64,000 bases of DNA from Candidatus Bathyarchaeum tardum (GTDB taxonomy: Archaea > Thermoproteota > Bathyarchaeia > Bathyarchaeales > Bathyarchaeaceae): assembly GCA_024650005.2 (NCBI GenBank), contig CP122380.1, forward strand, positions 1,536,001 to 1,600,000. The letters run 5' to 3'. Each line of letters opens with the position of its first letter. The first letter of the stretch is position 1. Positions 61,539 through 64,000 of this stretch are shown here, one piece after another. The notes beneath the pieces are model-generated. The model ran no database searches. It saw nothing but the letters and a program-made list of their open reading frames with translations, and was not told the origin of the DNA. Made by a program: the position numbers and the translations under genes.

Positions 61539-61576
61539 AGACCCAGTTTCCTTGAATGAAACAAAAAAACTCCATT

Positions 61577-61586
61577 CTTATATAAA
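61577..61586 (-). promoter_or_regulatory. TATA box for the leader-ask-asd-aro transcript
   Basis: Minus strand TTTATATAAG, about 40 nt upstream of the leader ATG. Confidence 0.55.
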
Positions 61587-61655
61587 AAAATATCGTATAG
61601 AAAAAACAGAGTGCAAAGACGGCTTTACGCACGTGCATGTTAGTTATTAAAATAC

Positions 61656-62999
61656 TTAAACATGTTTTTTCAGGTATTCTTTTGCTTCACTGACACTTTG
61701 GAAGCCATATTTGATTTCGTTAAAATTCTGTCGTAACTTGATAACGTCTTTTCTTACGTCTTCATGAGTTCTTTTGCCTTTCACTACATCCAATATCAAA
61801 GAACACAACTGTTCAACATCTTCTGGTTTGAAACCTCGACGACTTACATCTTGAAAACCGATTCTCAGACCGGAAGGGTCACCTCGATCGTGCTGGTTAT
61901 CATAGGGCAAAAGGTTCTTATTCAAAATGATGTGAGCATCTTCAAGAGCAAAAGCAAGTTTTTGTCCTCCACCGTACTCACGAACATCAACAACAATCTG
62001 ATGAGAACGAGTGAATCCGTTTTTTTGCCCTAAGACTTTAACACCATTTTCAAACATGCACTTACCTGCAGTTTGAGCGTTTCTAATCGTTTGTTTTGCT
62101 AAGTCTTTACCGTATAGTTTCATTTCCAAAGCTGCTAAACCTAAAGCAGGCAACCGCCCAAGATGAGTACTAGAAGCGCTCAACGGAAAAACGGCATACT
62201 GGACTTTTTTAATGGCTTTTTTCATACGGTCATCTTCACAATTAGCAAGAATAACTCCACCTTGGGGTCCTGGAAAAGTTTTATGAGTAGATGCAGTTAT
62301 GAAATCCACACCTTCTTTGAAGGGGTTTTGGAATTCTCCTCCTGCAATTAATCCCAAAACATGAGCAGCGTCGTATGCAACGTAAGCTCCATTGTCTTTG
62401 GCAACTTTAGCTAATTCCTTTACGGGATGAGGAAAGGGAAAAACACTACCACCAAAGGTTACGATTCCAGGTCGGGCGGAATCAATTATTGTTGAAGATT
62501 TTTCTACATCAATATTTAGTTCGTCTATATCGTAAGCATGATTAATGGTTTCGAGACCCAAAACACTACCAGCCAGACCAGAATAGTCATGAGTAATATG
62601 TGCCCCAGCACTAAGAGGTAAAACAACCATACGGTCGTTTTTTGTTGCCATAGATAAGCCTTTGAAAGTTGCAAGATTTGCGTGGGTGCCTGAAACAAGT
62701 CGTACATCTGCCCAATTGCAGCCAAACAGGTTTTTCATCAAATCTGTTGCATAGTCTTCGATTTTTGTCATGAATTTTTGACCTTGATAGTGCCGTGCCT
62801 TAACATGACCTTTAAGATCATTTTCACCTTCAGCGTATCGGGAATCCAAATCTTTGGACATATGCATAATTTCATTAACTGCAGGAGATTTGATTCCTTC
62901 ACTGGCAATTAGGTTCATGCACTCTTTTCCACGATAACGTTCATGGTTTTCGTTAGATTCAACTAAACCAAGAGCCAACTTTAAGAATTCAGCTTCCAT
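61656..62999 (-). CDS. glyA: Serine hydroxymethyltransferase
   Basis: LIASE, YAEG, DAAH, STHKTFPGPQGG; start revised to ATG 62999. Confidence 0.93.
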   Translation of the reverse strand: MEAEFLKLALGLVESNENHERYRGKECMNLIASEGIKSPAVNEIMHMSKDLDSRYAEGENDLKGHVKARHYQGQKFMTKIEDYATDLMKNLFGCNWADVRLVSGTHANLATFKGLSMATKNDRMVVLPLSAGAHITHDYSGLAGSVLGLETINHAYDIDELNIDVEKSSTIIDSARPGIVTFGGSVFPFPHPVKELAKVAKDNGAYVAYDAAHVLGLIAGGEFQNPFKEGVDFITASTHKTFPGPQGGVILANCEDDRMKKAIKKVQYAVFPLSASSTHLGRLPALGLAALEMKLYGKDLAKQTIRNAQTAGKCMFENGVKVLGQKNGFTRSHQIVVDVREYGGGQKLAFALEDAHIILNKNLLPYDNQHDRGDPSGLRIGFQDVSRRGFKPEDVEQLCSLILDVVKGKRTHEDVRKDVIKLRQNFNEIKYGFQSVSEAKEYLKKHV

Positions 63000-63218
63000 C
63001 GCCCACTTTCCTCCCAAACAATTCATTAGGGCATTTTGTTGCTTTCTGAGCATTACCTCACTTATTTACATTTCTTCCATCGAGGAACTTTAACACTTGT
63101 CGATAATTTCCACAAGATTTATTGATGTTCCAAAAAGAAATCGATTTTAGTGCAAATCAATATTTTGATTTCATAAAACTTTTCTTTATTTTCAATACCG
63201 ATTAACACCGTGGAACCT

Positions 63219-63377
63219 ATGAGCAAACGCAAACTTCATTACGGAGTACGCCTAACCGCAGACCAACTGAGATACCTGAAAACCGTAGGTAAACCATCCG
63301 AATGGATACGACAAGCAGTAGACGAAAAAAGAAAACGAGAAGAATTCACCCGTAACAGAAGTAAGATTCAAAAATAG
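63219..63377 (+). CDS. 52-aa RHH-like protein
   Basis: MSKRKLHYGVRLTADQLRYLKTVGKPSEWIRQAVDEK...; missed by the ORF track. Confidence 0.55.
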   Translation: MSKRKLHYGVRLTADQLRYLKTVGKPSEWIRQAVDEKRKREEFTRNRSKIQK

Positions 63378-63644
63378 ACATATTTTCTAACGTTACGGGA
63401 CAGTAGATAAATCAAAACCATTCACCATTTTCAATATAAATGTTGGAAATAGTTTGAGAAAATGCATCATAAAATACAACCAAAATCTAGGCGAATATAT
63501 GAAAAAACAACATAAAAATACTTAAAAGATGCTTTCTGAAAAAAACCAATCATAAAAAAGTGTCGGATTCATTGAGGTGTTGTTTATTAATTCCGACATA
63601 TTTTTATAGTTGATTAATGAAACCATCTCACTGAGAGTGATATT

Positions 63645-64000
63645 GTGTCGGGTTATGACGGTAAAAAACCAGAAACACAAGAAGAATTTATCAAATTACT
63701 TGCAGAAGCTAAAAAAGAAGAAAGAAAAAACAGAAGAAAAAGTGGAAGTAGATCCACAAAACCGACAATTAAAGGTACAGCAGATATAATGGGCATTCAC
63801 CGTGATACTCTGTATCAATGGATGCGAGAATTTGATGTTGATTTTTCAGACGTAAATGAACGAGAGCTTCTTTTTGACAAAATAACGACAAACACTGAAC
63901 CAGCATACCTAATTGGTGAAGCGCTAATGGGCGAAGGGACAGAAATTGCCCATGTTGATTTGCTGATTGGGGATAAAACTGGACCAGTTGGAACCGCTTT
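63645..64000 (+). CDS. fae: HTH domain fused to formaldehyde-activating enzyme (Fae or Fae-Hps), truncated by the window edge
   Basis: [16 protein letters not shown] (HTH), then in frame [32 protein letters not shown] (Fae N-terminus). Confidence 0.8.
   Translation, partial: MSGYDGKKPETQEEFIKLLAEAKKEERKNRRKSGSRSTKPTIKGTADIMGIHRDTLYQWMREFDVDFSDVNERELLFDKITTNTEPAYLIGEALMGEGTEIAHVDLLIGDKTGPVGTA

Noticed and set aside
1-64000. tRNA, rRNA, CRISPR array or intact transposase
   Set aside because: None recognised by eye; tRNAscan-SE and Infernal would be needed to exclude them formally

Overview
Low-GC archaeal chromosome segment, most likely Bathyarchaeia (TACK). This is inferred from gene content: DGGGP synthase, archaeal shikimate kinase, AroA'/AroB', the LysW pathway, Fae, an arcadin-1 homologue and a PEF-CTERM-like tail. 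The left third (1-19 kb) is accessory or decayed DNA. It holds two tyrosine-recombinase pseudogenes, a complete NHEJ operon (LigD-Pol, Ku, ligase-phosphoesterase, DUF72), intact and decayed toxin-antitoxin pairs, a C39-peptidase/winged-helix gene pair, an RHH-DUF5678-retropepsin module and several microproteins missed by the ORF track. The middle has a candidate C/D-box RNA, a pilin plus Roadblock cluster, a frameshifted hybrid sensor kinase, and housekeeping and surface-protein genes. The right half carries the full alpha-aminoadipate/LysW lysine cluster with LysM and candidate operators, an ask-asd-aro super-operon, glyA and an HTH-Fae fusion cut by the window edge. The most striking signal is a 24-codon leader ORF (MNSHSTTTLTNSSMFYSFSYFFYN), rich in Thr and then Phe/Tyr, followed by a hairpin and U-tract directly upstream of the ask-asd-aro operon. 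This is the layout of a ribosome-dependent attenuator, in an archaeon. All family calls come from motif recognition by eye; no database search was run.
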